A stretch of 64,000 nucleotides of DNA from Diplonema japonicum (lineage: Eukaryota; Protista; Euglenozoa: Diplonemea): the NCBI GenBank assembly GCA_964019335.1, contig OZ025710.1, forward strand, positions 248,001-312,000. Reading direction: 5' to 3'. Positions 33,906 to 47,975 of the stretch are shown here, piece by piece. The notes below the pieces were generated by a model that saw only the letters and a list, made by a program, of their open reading frames with translations, was not told the DNA's origin and did not search any database. A program made the position numbers and the translations under genes. Within the stretch, counting starts at the first letter, position 1. Each line of letters opens with the position of its first letter.

Positions 33906-34523
33906 CCCTCCCACAAAAAAGAAGAAGAAAAAAAAACCTGGAACAACGGCAGCATTGTACAAACAAGAACAATGTCCGCCACCGTCAGCCTCTCCCCAAC
34001 TATGTAGGTTCTAATCTCCAACCACGTGTCAAGACCCTGGTTTTTTTTTTTTCTTTTTCTTTTTTTTCCCACATACCGCAAAGCTATTCTTAATACATCT
34101 CATAGCCTGCTCAGATTGGGCTGCATTGAATGGTATCAAACCCGTGAGGGGTCCCACTAGCATGACCACTGCAGAGGACATCTCAGAGGATGCGAAGTCC
34201 ATCCACTGGTCCACCTGCGACGCATCATAGACAGTGCCCGAACCGTAGAGGCCCTTGCCCTCCCCGAGTCGTGCGAGGAACCGTGTTATCGCGAAGGACT
34301 CGAAAATGTACCCGTCCTTGGTCTTCAAGACGGGCACCTTGCCCAAGGGATGCGCTTGGCGGAGGAAGTGCCCTGTTTTGTTGTCGCAGCCTTCCTTGCC
34401 GAAATCGAATTCTGGTTCTTCTAATTTCACACCCGCGTACGCCGCTGTGAGTCTTATCTTCATGCATCGTGCGTTGTCTTTGTAAGTAAGTAGCTCATAT
34501 GTTTCCTCCGTGCTGCTCGACAT
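33668..34523 (-). CDS. eEF1B-gamma-type glutathione S-transferase domain protein, GST part only (247 aa; exons 34077-34523, 33938-34036, 33668-33865)
   Basis: PLGKVPVL...IFESFAITRF, VDQWMDF, TYIVGERLTVADI, YPNLMRWF...NQP. Introns 34037-34076 and 33866-33937. Confidence 0.85.
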
Positions 34524-34649
34524 TTTATTTTTCCTTTTTCTTTTCCGTCTTCCTTCCCGTCTTTTAAGATTTGAAGACAGCCTTTTTGGCGACAATAAAA
34601 AAAAACTTAAAAAAAAAAGATGTAATCGACCTTGTTAAAGGTAGGAAAT

Positions 34650-34910
34650 TCACACGTATAAGTCGCCCTTTTTGGGAGGGGGGAAGATGTACCCTAGCTG
34701 AACAGATTTGTCGAAGTCTCCCTTTATCACAGGGGTGGTTTTGTACGCCATCGCCACAAGCCCTGTCATCGGCCATAGGGTGAAGCAGCTTATCCAGAAG
34801 CAGGCAGTTACCCACGTGCATCCTTCTACTTCTTGAATTGCGCAAGGAGGGCACCAGAATTTGTAACAGTCAGAAGGTTCCAGATGCAGCAATGCAAGCT
34901 CTTCTGCCAT
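34650..34910 (-). CDS. Small 86-aa Cys-rich hydrophobic protein (weakly Pmp3/UPF0057-like)
   Basis: MAEELALL...FWCPPCAIQEVEGCTWVTACFWISCFTLWPMTGLVAMAY; coding-like island following a CAG acceptor. Confidence 0.5.
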   Translation of the reverse strand: MAEELALLHLEPSDCYKFWCPPCAIQEVEGCTWVTACFWISCFTLWPMTGLVAMAYKTTPVIKGDFDKSVQLGYIFPPPKKGDLYV

Positions 34911-35255
34911 TAACCCCCCCCCCCCCCCCCCGTCCCCGCTGTAAGTGAGTTGAATTAAAAGGGCATGTGATAAGGATTCAAAGAAATATAACACCAAGGG
35001 GAAACGGGGGAAAGAGGGGTAAAAAAAAATGGGAAATGGAAAAAAAGAAAACAGAAAAAAAGGATTTTTTCTTTGCGGCGAACTGACATGCCCCCTCTAC
35101 CCTCCTTTCAATAAAAAAAAAATTGATACCCAAAGTGACCTATTAAAAGACGAGGGAGAATTAATAAATAAATAAAAAAAAAGGGTAAAACCCTTTTTTT
35201 TTGTTTTTTTTTCTTTCTCCGTCCCCCCTGTTCCTAGTTTTTACTGGGGATAGTC

Positions 35256-35301
<46 letters not shown>

Positions 35302-35408
35302 GATTAGAAAAAAAGAAAACACACACTTTCAAAAAAAAAAAACTGATGATTTTGTCAATTCCTACCCCCCCTCCCACTTTCCGGGGAAAAAAAAAAACAA
35401 CAAAAAGC

Positions 35409-36685
35409 TCATGCGAGGAGGTCTTCCTTGTCTGCAGCGGCACCGGAAGCCTCGACGGACCCGAAGTTGAGGAAGTGCGAAGGGCGGTGTGTTTCATGGT
35501 AATAAGGCTTGGGGTTTCCAAGGACGAGTTGATATTCCATCTGAGGAGTGAAGTTTGCACTGGAGAAGTTGTAGTTCCAGCCTTCGTCAGGGACGAGGAA
35601 GTAGCCTGTGAACCGGTCGGAGAGAAGCATCTGCACTTTTTCATAGTGGGAAGGTGCATAACCCTGGGAAGTCGTTGTGAGGGAACCACCACTTTCCTTC
35701 ACCACCTTCTCCCCCCAGTCCAGCCCTGTCCTGGTCACCTTGTGACAAGACAAAGACACGCTGCCTGGTGTGAAGGCGCACGACACCATCACCGTCTTCT
35801 CACCTTCCCAGTTTTGGTTCTCCATCAACAGTTTCGTGTGCATCACGACATCCTGTGGGGGTAGCTGATTCACCTCGTTCGGTTGTGTGTGCACCCACCC
35901 CAAAGGCGTCAGGTCCTTGATGTAGTCTTCGTCAGGGATGTTCACAGCCACGTTGACCTGCTGGTGTGTGCCGTACTGCGGTGGCATCACCACACAACGC
36001 ACCTCAAACACAGAGGAGTTCCCTTCCGGATGGACTCCGTACATGAAGCCAGCAATCTGCGTACGCAGCTCTGAAATCGCAATGAACTTCTTGAGGATGT
36101 TCTTCGGGAAGACGTAAATGTATCGCGACTCTTTGATGTCGTCCGTCGACACGAAGATGTTGTTGGTTCGCAGGTGCAGGTTCGCCGCAGAGATAGCACG
36201 AACCCTCCAGTCCGTACGCGAGGAGTAGGTGCTTTGCTCGTACCCAGTCGATGTCGAGACCACGATCTCTTGACCCTCCCTGTTCGTTGTCTTTGTCACA
36301 GTGTTGGTGAGCTGTGACTGGTCGGAGGCCCTCTTTTCTATCTCGTCCATCTGCTGCTGCTGCTGGCTAGGCGCCTGGATCTCCATACCAAGGATGATGT
36401 CCCTGATCTCAGCCTGTGTCAACGACTGTGCGTCCACATTGTTTTTCTTTTCGTAGTCCGCAAGGATCAGGTTGCGCAGTGCCACCTCGACCTTCTCCCA
36501 CTCGCCGTCGGTCAGGGAAGGCCACAGGTGGTGCGTCTGTGTCACGGTGTCCTTGTCGGGCTTGAGGATAGCACGGGTCCTCTCATAGTTGAGGGAGAGC
36601 GCCCTCAAGATGAGGATCAGCCTCGAAAAGGCGGTGAATGGCGCCACAGACTGCAGCCAGTCATCGAACGCATTAAAGAGCACCT

Positions 36686-36718
<33 letters not shown>

Positions 36719-37731
36719 CCTCGTGCATACCAAGTGCGGCTCGGTCGCCTTCAAGATCACATCTCCGATCTTCTCGATGTTCAAACACGCTTTGAATGGC
36801 AGTGACAGCTCAGACCCTTTGATAACAGTGTTGGGGAAATCAAGCAAGTGAACCTGTTTATTGTTATAGTTTTATTGTGCATCGCCATACCTCCAACGGG
36901 TCCAGCAGACCCTTCCTCGTAACGATGATCTGCTTGGGCTGCTCTTCAAGGGGCAGGGATCTCATCAGTGCCACGACTTCCTCTGCAGTCTTCCACTTCG
37001 CGAGCTGACTGAGACGCTTCTGGCCTGCCCAGACGGATGTGTGGATGATCTTGAGGTAGAGCTGCCCTGTGCGCGGGTTGAAGATGAAGAGCGCCCCGTT
37101 GATGGGCTTCGTGGTAAGGTTCCCGTGCGAAGTCTTGTGGACTGTGACACGGTACACGTTGCTGTCGTCGACAAACCACACGATCTGGTTGGAGAAGATC
37201 TCTCCGTAGTTCTGAGAGCTGAGGTAGGGCTCTGTGGGCTCAGAGCTGTAGAGCTGGAGACCCTTTCGAATCCTCTCCCTGAGAACATACAGGGCGGGGT
37301 TGAACTTCATGATCTTATTCATGGCCTGGCCCACGAGGGGCTTGATCCCAGGGAACCAGCTCCCGAAAGCGGAGTGTAGGTTGTAAGCCAGGTCGACACC
37401 AATGAGGACACCGTTCGGCGAGGGGTAGAAGGACACATTGTCGGTGGTGTAGTCGAGGAACTTTGCACGCGAGTACCTCTCGATGTCGTGCGAGTCGTAG
37501 TCTCCCCACCTGAGCTGCACGTCGATCCAGTACTTGTTGGTGGTTGTCCCGTCGAACTTGTCCTGCGTGTCTGCCAGCAGAGACGGCTTCGAGACCTGCC
37601 ACTTGAAGGCAGAGAAGAGCAGAATGTCGGCGCAGCTGCTGTTCATCTTGTACGACTTCCTTGGGTGGATAGTCTCCTTCTGCACAGTTTCGATTTCCAG
37701 TGTGCTAGTGTTCTCCTGGTCCAGCACCTGG

Positions 37732-37775
<44 letters not shown>

Positions 37776-40700
37776 TGCCCTGAAGATCTGGATAAGAGAG
37801 ATCTTCAGCGTGGGCAGTTTTCCATGCATGAAGATACCCGTAAGGTCGAGCTGCACCTGGAATCCCACGTACACGTTTGCCCTGTTGATGGTAGGCGACC
37901 ACCACAGCGTGAACCTTCTGTTGGGGATCTGGTTCAGACCCAGCCTCTGCGCGTTGGTCAACTTCTTGAACTTCATGCTGTCCTCGAAACCCGAGGCCTT
38001 CTCCCAGAAAAGACCTTCCCATGTGGGGAAGTATGTGCCCTTGAATAGCGTGTGCTCGAGAATGCCCTCCACACCACCAAGCGCCTGGATCATGTCTGTC
38101 CTGTAGTTGTTGAGGTTCCACAGCTGTCCATCGTGTCGCTGGTGCGTCCACCAGAACGGCTGTGCTCTAAGCTGCTGGAATTTCTTGAAGTCCAGCCTCA
38201 CTCTCCAACCCTTGTCATATGCCAGCGTGTGTCTACCTTTTTGGAATAATGTATTCAGACGGGGGATGCCCCTGTCCCACGAATCCTCGAGATCCTCCAT
38301 CAGCAGACGACGGTTCTGCTTGTTTGCAGCCTCACGCTTCAGGAAGTACTCATGCCACACACGTTGCGAGTCTTGGAACTCCGCCTCCCACGGGAGGATG
38401 TATCTGTACAGGTTGGGGATAAGCTGGTCCTCCTCGTGGGTCATCCCGCTGCGGAAGAACTGCACACCCATCTCGGTCTGCTTAGAGTACCTGAGGTCAG
38501 AAGAAGGGATCAGTACATGCCCCATTGACAACATCCCCAGACCACCCAACTCCTTAGGAGTATAGAACACGACAGGAGGGAATCTTGAAGGCATCTTCGA
38601 GTTCAGCCCGATCTTCACCCTCGTCTGGATCTTGTTCTCGCACTTCACAAGCAGGTCGAGAAGCTCTGTAGTGTGGACGGTAGCCTCTCTGTAGTACGTC
38701 ATCAATCCGATTAGAGTCGTGTTCCACTTGTTCACAATCTTTGTGAAAGTTGTGCTTCCGGAGCTCATTAGAATCTGTCTGATCCTGTTCTCGAACTCCT
38801 TCACGTACTCATCACCGATCCTCAGGTACGCCTGTGCGGTGCGCTCCTTCGACACCTCATTCTGAAGATTCCACACCCCGTCGTCATCCTTGAGGGTGTC
38901 TGAGGACTGTCTGCACCTCGGGTGGATGCGGACCTCGAACTTGCACATCGAGAACAGCAGGTTAGGGTTGTCCTGTGGGTGTATGAAAACTTGACCTTAT
39001 TACATACCTTCGAGTACACAGACACGAATGAGTCCTCCCAGTTGATGGTTGTCACCGATCTTGGCAGCCTGTTCTTGATGTTCCAGAATGTCGCCCTGTT
39101 GTGTGTGCATTGTGTACCTCATGCAGCATACCTCCCAAGGTTCACGTCATGTCGCATCAGCCTCATCCTGGCGTCTCTCGGCCAGCACTTCTTGTTGTTG
39201 TATCCCACCACGTTTTCGTTGTTCGGGTCAGGGTGCTCTGTCAGGAACCTGTGGATCAGATCCTTTGCCTCATCACTCGTGAACTTGAACATGATATGGA
39301 TGGTGTCGACGTACCTCTGGTACAGTCTGATGGGGTGCTTCACCTGCACCTCGGGGTCCCTAAACTGGAGGAAGTCGTTGGGGGTCTTGACCGGTCCTGC
39401 GATCTCCGAGGCACGGTTCAAACCCAAAACGAGCAGATCAAGCATCAGCCCCCAGAATTGGAAGACGAACGAAGCGAACTGCAAACCCCTCACAAGCCCG
39501 TAGTGGTTGGTGTGGCTCATGTCCTTGTACGTGATGTTCACGTTGTTCTTTGCAGTGATGTAGTCTGCGATGTTGTGATCCACGATCAGTCTGAGCAGCC
39601 CGTTCAGAAGCCTCAGGTCCATCTTGTCGTAGACCTTGTGGAACTTGGTCTCCATCATCACCACACACTCACCGTTTTCTGTGTTCCAGATCTCATCTAA
39701 GTTGTTAATCCCCTGGCACCATTTGTATACCAGGAACGGGGGCGGCTCGGAGTCACCAGGCTTCACCCAGTTCGGGAACAGCTGACGTTTGTCCGCTTCG
39801 AACCACAGGAACTGCTCAAGGTAGGCGTCTGTGATCTTCTCCAGCGGGTTGATCTCCGTGACTGGGATGAGGTAGTTGAAGCAGTCGAAGAACTCAATGT
39901 GGACCTCTTTGAAGGCACGCTGCGTGAGGAGGTGTCGCTTGATTCTTGCGAGTGTCTCGTGTGCGTTGTCGTATGCCTGCTCCACGAGCCCCAGCTCCTC
40001 CCTTTGGATGGAGTTCAGCCTGCTCTTCACGTTGTAAGCATCCTTCAACCTCTCCAGCGCCAGTGTGAGAAGCTTCGTGTCGTGCTTGTAAGAGGCACCA
40101 GGGAACTGGATCGAGGGGTATTCCCTAGACTCCAGCCAATTGACCATCATGGTGTAGATGGCCACACCTTCGTCGGACGAGATGTACGGTCCATCTTTGA
40201 TGTAGTTGTATTGCCTCTCTTGCTCCGCCTTCAGCTGTAGCCTAGTCAGCCTCCCCAAGTTCTTCTTCACGACCACCTTGTCGACGGTGGCGCCCCTCCT
40301 TATTCTCTCACGGTTGTAGTGGGTCACGTTTGTCCACCAATCGGCTTTGCTCTTTACATATCTGAGGATCATGTTCTCAATGGGTGCAGGCATTGCAGGC
40401 ACTTTCCAAGGGATGTTTGCCTTCCAACACCTGAAGGCCTCCGAGAGATGCTGTAAGATGGTGCTCTTCTTGTTCGCCTTGACGCCCTCGGGCATCATGT
40501 CCACGATCTCGTTCATGACTGTGTTGCGAAGCTCTAAGTCGAAGTTCGATTCCACCCTCTGCTTCGTAATCGTCTGTCCAATACCCTTGCTCTTTCGCCC
40601 TTCGAACTGCCTGGCCAACAGGTTCCCAAGCCACCTCTCAAGCAGTGGAACAATACCACGCAAGAAAAACATCCATACCCTCCACCCCGGCGCCCAGAAC

Positions 40701-42538
40701 CCGACACCAGGACCCTTGCCCACAGGGCCCGTGTTGAACCTCCAGTAAATAACGTGCTTCAGATCCTTGCACATTCTGACCTGTCTCATCAACCTGTACT
40801 TATATCTGTACATCCCCGTGAGCTGCCCAACGTGCGCAAAAGTGTATTGCAGACCATCTGCCAGCTGGAAGGCATCGCAGTTCCCAAGCCTGTACTGCAC
40901 GCACGAGTCGACCACCAGCTTCACCAGTCGCATGATCTCTCTGCACAAGTGGAAGGCATTTCCGAACCTCGACTTCTTCCTCTCTTTTGTGGTGAGCGTC
41001 TTCACGGGCTTCAGGTTGAAATTGTAGTCAAGATGCAAGTAGTTCAGACCCTTTCGATGAATGAGCAAGTTCAGCATGTTGTGTCCTTGTCTGCAGAGCT
41101 GCAGACCCGCCTCAACCCAGTCGAGCTCGGAAGACTGGAAGAACTTCGTGGCACGGAGGATTTTAAAGAGATACTTCTTGTTCATGGCCTTGGGGGGGCG
41201 TTTGTGCAGCTCGTTCCACACCCAGCACTTTAGAAGCTTTTGGTATGAAACACGCACCTTCACCGGGTAGGTCATCGGGCAGTGTTCCTGGTACCAAGTC
41301 TTGATGAGCGGCACGTCGATCGCACGGCGCAGTTTTCCAGAACGCTGGTTGAACGGCTTTGGGGCCCAGTACACGGAAATGCCGTCTGCGGTCTGTTCTG
41401 TGTAGAGGGGCTCCTCGGAGAGGAGTGGTTCCACGTACTCCGGTAGTTCGAAGGGGTCGCTGTCCTCCTCGTCGAGGACGTCCTCGGGCTTGGGACCATC
41501 GTACTTCTCTTGCCTGTGCTGAGGGATGGGTGTGATGATAGGGTCCCAGTAGAAGGCAGGCAAGTCGGGGTCGTTAGACTTCACGTACACCACTGCAGGC
41601 GTGTGGTACACGGGGAGGACGACCTTTCTTGGTCTGGAGTTGTAGAGATACGGAAAAGCGATCTGGTACTCTGTGCGGATCTGGTGCCTGATGATGATCT
41701 TGTTGATGTCGTTGAACTCGTTCCAGTCCTCGTCGTGCACGTCCATGTCGCGGAAGAGGGGTTCGTACTTGGGCCCACCGGGGATTGCGACGTTGAGCGC
41801 TTTTGCGGTGAAGAAGGACTTGAGGTCGAACAGGTAAAAGTAATTCGGGTCGATAAGGTCCGACAGAAGGACAGAAGCAAGTCTGTACAGGTTGGCCATG
41901 ATGGGGACTGTCAGGTTCCAGTGCTTCTTCTTGATGTGCGAGAAGTCGAGCTCCGGTTTGTGATCGTAGAACCAGTCGATGATGTGGGAGTCCTCATCCT
42001 CTTCAAGCTCCATCTGGATGGCTTCCATGAGCTCCACCTCCAACAAGTTGTCACCGTAGTCAAGGGGGGGCTCTTCATCGTCGAAGGGTGGGAACCTCAT
42101 ACGGCGGAAGTGCTGCCTGTCTCTCTTCTCCCTTCGCATCATGATCCACATGGTGGCCCATTGCGCCACGTAGATGGGCTCTACCACCCTAGCTACCTCG
42201 TTAACGAAGGTAATAGCACCTGTGATGTGGTACAACACTGGGACATATCTGATCTGCTCCCACGGCATGGGGAGGTTCTCCAGCAGCTTCAGGCACGCGT
42301 GAGGAACGTATTTCAAGGCACCCAAGTACACCCTCTTGTCCTGCTTGAATTTCTTGTTCGTCATATCACCCCTTGCTTTCACTACCCCTCGCACTGCTGC
42401 GGCAGGCATGTCGTCTTTATCGTTCCCCGAGACAGCACCAAATCTGCGCTTGTCCGCGTACCTCTTTGCATTCATCTTCTTCCACCTCGCCGCGCGAGCA
42501 TCAAGCTCTTCCTCCGATGCCTGTGCCATCGACTGCAT
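35409..42538 (-). CDS. PRP8: Pre-mRNA splicing factor 8 (U5 snRNP), ~2324 aa; exons 39132-42538, 39008-39095, 36891-38972, 36731-36853, 35409-36683
   Basis: [33 protein letters not shown]-like [19 protein letters not shown], Jab1/[12 protein letters not shown]. Four 35-47 nt GTATG...CAG introns restore the frame. Confidence 0.97.
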
Positions 42539-43172
42539 CTTTTAAGAGGGAGGTCCTGTCCTCCGTGTGATCCAAGAAAGAACCCCGCCTGTGTGTGGAT
42601 GTGAACACAGTACTTTTAATATTTTGACTTACTGAAACAAGACAAACGAAGGGAAATAAGAGATACAAGGTAGGGGCGTGGGCTGAGGGGGAAAGGGGGA
42701 GTGTGCGGGAATGGCAATAAGAAAGGAGGCATAAAGATCCCTTCCCATTCGGGTTGCTGTTTTTTCTTCGGGGAGGGGGAAAAGCCAACTAGATGTTTTT
42801 TTTTTTTTCTTGGTCCGCACTTTTTTTCTTTTCTGCGCACGCATAGGTTGAAAAAAAAGAAGGTAAAAAATAAAATCTTAAACTTTAGTACAAAGAAATC
42901 CGTTTGCCTAATACCTTCACTAGGGAAGGGTTGAAGATGGGAAAGCGGATAATGAATGGCGGCATACTTTTTTTTTGAAGAGGCCAAGGTCCTCTGGTGC
43001 CCCCACTCCCATAGGTGTTCCTTACACGGTGCTACAGATCTATACACATAAACCCCAATGGGAGTAGGGAAAAATAAATAAAAAAAATACAAGAGGGGGA
43101 TAAGAGATAAAGGGAAAAGGTGTACAACTAAGCCCCAAACTTTTATTCTTAATCTTTCTTTTTTCCTCCCTC

Positions 43173-46100
43173 CTAAATCGGGGACATGTCAGGAGGGGCT
43201 ACTGTACGGGGAGACGTTACGGCTATAGAGTGGAGGGTCTCGTTCTCAGAAGACTTGACAGCCTCTTCTAAGCCTGTGGAACGCGAAGCTGCGACCTGAA
43301 GCTGGTACTCCAAGTCCTGCAACCCAGAAGCTAGCATGTTAATGTGCCCCTCCAACGTGGCTTTCTCAGTAGCTGACTGGGACCTATGGTCGATAAGGGC
43401 TTCGTTGGCCAGCTTTGCGATGTCTTGAGAATGTAGCAGGTCCGCCTTCAAGCTGCTGACAATGCCTTCCAGTTCGCCCTTGGAAGACGCGACGGTGAGG
43501 GTGCGCGACTCTATCTGCTCTATCTCGGCGGTGAACTTACCCAGCTTAGCAGTCAACTTGCCGACCTGCTTCATTGCGTTGTCACGCTCAGACTCGACGT
43601 TCACGATGTTCGCCGTCAATGCTGTGGCTCCTGATCGCACGGCCTCCAGCTCCCCCTGCAGTGACCCCTTGGCAATGGCTGCGTCCTCCAGTTTCAATCG
43701 CATGCCCTCCATCTCGTCCATGGATTTGTTCCACAGGCCCTCCAGCCTCTGGATCTCCTCTGCAGCTCGACCCTCTCTGTTCTCCAACGCCAGCGTGTAC
43801 GACGCGAACTGTTCTGTCGACTGCTCATGCAGCCTGTTCGCTGTGTCTTTCAGTTCCGCTATTTCAGCCTCTGCCATCACCAAGGCACCGCCGAGCGACC
43901 CGTTCTCCTGTCCTGCTGTGTGCAGCTTCGTGTCAAGATCAGCAATCTTACCCTCAAGCTCTCTTGTGATTTCTACAATTCTGTTCCTTGACGCTAGCGC
44001 CTGCCCCCTGGCACCATCAGCCGCAGCGACTTTCTGGGTGTACTCCTTCTGCGGTGTGTGTTTATGTTGTTTACGCTTTCTTTCAATCAATACCTCTGCT
44101 TCCCTTGCAGACAGCAGCCTGCTCTCAAGCATCCCGTACTGTGTGCTTGCGTTGCTCAGCTTCTGGTTCAAACGCTCCTTCATTGTGTTGGCAGTGCGGA
44201 GGCCTTCTTGGAGATGCACCTGCTCTGCCGCCATCTGTGGGAGGGTCGCATTTTCTTGTAATTGACAGTACCTCACTTATCTGGCCCTCCAAACGGGCTG
44301 TCTTTTCACCTTCGGACCTTAGCAAGTCCCGTGTAGCCTCCAGCGTGGACATGAGCTCGGATCTCTTGTGGTTGACGTCTTCCAGCTCAATGTTGTTCGT
44401 GGCAGCGGTTTCTTCCAGCAGTGCGGTTCGCGCCAGGGACTGGGCCACCTTTTGTGTGTGAGTCAACAGAAAAAGGAAAAAAAAACCTGTTTTTGCAAGG
44501 TTCCTTGCCTAGATAGGGCTTCCTTGTGTCTTCCTTCGAGCATGGCTGCACGTTCGATAGCTGCCTGCGCCTCTGCTGCCCTGGCATCAGCACGGACACG
44601 CATCTCCTTGAGCTGCAGTTGCAGGCTGTCGATCTGCTTCCTCTGCATCTCTTCTTTCCTCTCTAGCTCGGGTACCCGCAGCTTGGCTGCTTGGAGAGAC
44701 TTCTTCAACTCAACAACACGCATCTCAGCAAGCTTCACGTTGCCATCGTCACGCAGGCGGATGGTCTCCATCTCTTGGATGCGCTTCTTCATCCCTATGT
44801 TCTGCATCTCTTTCTCCTCGATGGCCGAGACCAACGAAGACACCTGAAGTATTAGTGTATTTGTGTTGTGCCGAGCATACTCTCTCAGCGTAGGACGCCG
44901 AGTCCAGAAGCGTCTCGTTGTGCGAATTAGTGATCTTCTGGATCGCACCAAGCTCGTTGTGCAGGACTGTGTGTGTGTCTCATGTCACTTTTTTTGTATA
45001 CCCTCTGTTTCTTTCTGCAGCTGCATCAGTTGTTCTCTAGAACCACAGTTCTCCTCCTCTGTTTCATGGTTCTTGATTTCAAGATCCCGCACGTGCTCTA
45101 GCAGTTTGCTCTCTTTCAGTTGTGCCTCTCTCAGAAGCACGGCCAGCTCTTCTGCACGAGTCTCTTGTGAGGAAGCACTCTGTATTGCCTGTAGAACCTT
45201 CTTTTCGTTTTCGCTCTTTGTCTGAGTCAATATTTTGATATGCTCTTCGGCGGCCTGATAAAAAGAATAAGTGAGGCAAGGCAACATACCGTGAGCGACG
45301 AAGTAGCTTCCGCGAGACATCCGTCGAGCATGGCAGCTCTCGCGCCAGCCTGTTGCAGCTCGACATCTCTGACGCTTGCCCGCTCCTCCAGTTCCAAGAT
45401 CCTGCTCAGGGCTTCCGCTAGTTGCTCGCTGAGATCACTTGCGTGTTTCCTAGCATCCTCCAGTGCGTCGAAGGAAGCCCCTTTCTGCATCTTTAGTGCT
45501 GTTAGCTCATCAGTGAGGGATTGGATTCTTACATCCGCTTTAATAAGCTGTGTGTCCTTCCCTTTATTTCCAGGAGTTGTAGATGCCTGCGCCAGCTGGA
45601 TCAACCTTGCTTCTGCTTGTTGCAGCTGGGCTGACTTTTTGTCCACATCCAGCTCCAGCTCTTCTGTTTTGTTGCGAAGCTCGTTCTGCAGCTCTTCACA
45701 GCGTGCTTGCGTCTCTTCGATAAGTGTGTTTGACGAGCAGATCTCCAGCTCTAGTGCTTCCACCTTCTGTTGTGCCAGATTTACCTCTCGATCGAAGTTC
45801 TTTTTCTGCGTCTCCGTGTCCTGCTCACTTCGTTGCTTATACTTCTTGAATGCTTTTTCTACGTTCCGGAGTTCTGTTTCGGCTTCCTGTCTGGCACGGC
45901 CTACCTCTTCGGCTACCCTTTTTCTATCCAGGTCTGCTCGTGCATTTGCCTGTTCCGCTTGAAATGACAGTTCGTCTTGAAGGGTTTTGATCTTGTCTTC
46001 CGCCCTCTCCCTTGTGACCTCCAGATTTTCCGTGAGGATCTCTTTTGCCGTGCGTGCCTCTTCTTCGAGGCGTAGCTTTTCGCTTTCAAAACTCCTCATG

Positions 46101-47359
46101 CGCTTCTCGACTGCAATATCGATCTCATGCTGCTGCAGCTCGAGCTTGTTCTGCAAGTCCTTGATCACGGCCTCAAGCTTCCTTAGCTGCGCATCGTGAG
46201 CCTCTCCCATCTGCTTTGTTTGCCCGATCCAATTTTGCTTCTCAAGATCAGTAGCATCCTTGATGTGTTTCCCTTGCTCTTCTTGGACGGTCGCGAGAAG
46301 ATCTTGTAGTTTTCTTATTTTGTCTTCTTTATCCCGCAGCTGTCTCTCCACCATTTTTGTCTCCTCATTAAGATGGGCTTCAGCTTCCTGTTTTACTTCC
46401 CGATGTCTTGATTCGTATGTTTGCCTCAACAACTGAAGTTCCTCCTCTGCATGTCGTGCTCGTACTTCGGCAGATGAAAGCCTTGCTTCCAAGGAGGAAG
46501 ACTCCGATTTGGCAGACTGCAGACGGTCATCGATCAACTTGTCCGCCGTTCCCTGGCATTGTGGTGTGGTGCTTTGACAGCTGCATACCTGTGTTTGCGT
46601 AATATATGTTTCGTAGTCCCGCACTCTGTCTCTTGCTTGCTTATATGATTGCACGCCGCTGTCTTGTGTGAGTGCTGTGAGCGCTTCCTCTGCAAGTGCT
46701 TTGACATCTGTCATGGTGGAGTTCTTCCAACCTGCGTTCACAAGATGTCCCTTTAGGAGCTTGTGTGTGTCGCTGAGACGCTTCATCCTGTCGCGGAGGG
46801 AGTCCTCGGCAAGGGACTTGAGGTCGTCGATGCCGCTGCGCTGTTGTTGCAGGCGCGTCTCTGCCTGGTGGAGGGCTGCTGAGTAGTTGGAGATGCGGGA
46901 CTCCAGGTCACGCACGGCTGCAGACTTACTGATGTGTGAGATTTCAATCTGTTTGAGCCGTTGGATTTCGCCATCCATCTCTTCTTTCTCGGAGTCCCAC
47001 TGGTTGGCCGATGTGGGACGGGGTTCTAAGGGAGGTGCATGGTGTAAGCGTGATGAGGGCGCTGGTGGGGGCGAAGACGGTGTCTCTTCTTTCTTAACTT
47101 TCATCACCTCCTCTCGCAGCCCTGCAAGTTCCTTGCCTATAGCAGCTTGTGCCATTGCGATCATGGTGCTATGCTCTCCGTGCGACTTTTTTCTCGTTGC
47201 TGCCTGCCTATGCGCCGCAGCTCGTGCCAGGGCAACCTCCAGCGCTCTACCATCCCCCAATGTCGGTGCAGTTTGCTCATAAAAGGGCATCACCAAAGGG
47301 CTCGACCGCCCTGGTGACACAGCCTTGGCTGTGATGTGTAATGAAGATACTGAAGACAT
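43173..47359 (-). CDS. Large coiled-coil protein (~1300 aa), 8 predicted exons
   Basis: Introns 46553-46588, 45255-45289, 44967-45001, 44844-44880, 44449-44486, 44235-44271 and 44049-44093 (all GT-AG, 35-45 nt) join the track ORFs into one heptad-rich frame. Confidence 0.75.
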
Positions 47360-47975
47360 TTCATTGACTCATAAAGTCGACCTTCTTTTGACTGCCCTTC
47401 TGTGATGGTTGGTAAATAAATGACGAGAAAGCGAAGTTAGAAGATATACATCTGAAGGCCGGTACTGCAGGTAGCGACAGGCAAGTCCAAGATCAGAGTA
47501 ACTGCCGGAACAATGAAGTACGACGAACACCCGGGCAGCATGACCACTGTAGGAAGAAAGGGGAAAAGCCAGCGGTTTTCGGTTTTCAGTTTTCGTCTTG
47601 CAACTCAGCATTTACACGTGATATCAACAAAATATAAAAGGGGAAAAGACGGAAGAAGAAAAAATGCAAGCCAGCTATGCTTCTCATCTTTTTTAGAAAA
47701 ACTTGCCTGTGCCTCTGCCTATGACACCCGTACTGAATATCATACTGCCCTTTAACAATAGGATGAGTGGATGAGTGGATGGGTCGATGGGTGGGGCTCT
47801 TGGATTCAAGCAATGGGGAAAGAAGAAAAGGGGGGGGGGGGGGAGGAAAACAACTAACCCCCCGCTTGTGTACAACTAGCCACCGGGCTGGACGGGGATG
47901 AGGTGCAACGCGGAGCCCATATAGAATGGTATTTTTCGATCTGGCTTCCGACGACATCACTATTCAGGATCGTTG

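Noticed and set aside
35409-42538. Stop-codon reassignment, frameshifting or non-canonical introns to explain broken ORFs
   Set aside because: Every break examined is resolved by a short canonical GT-AG intron.
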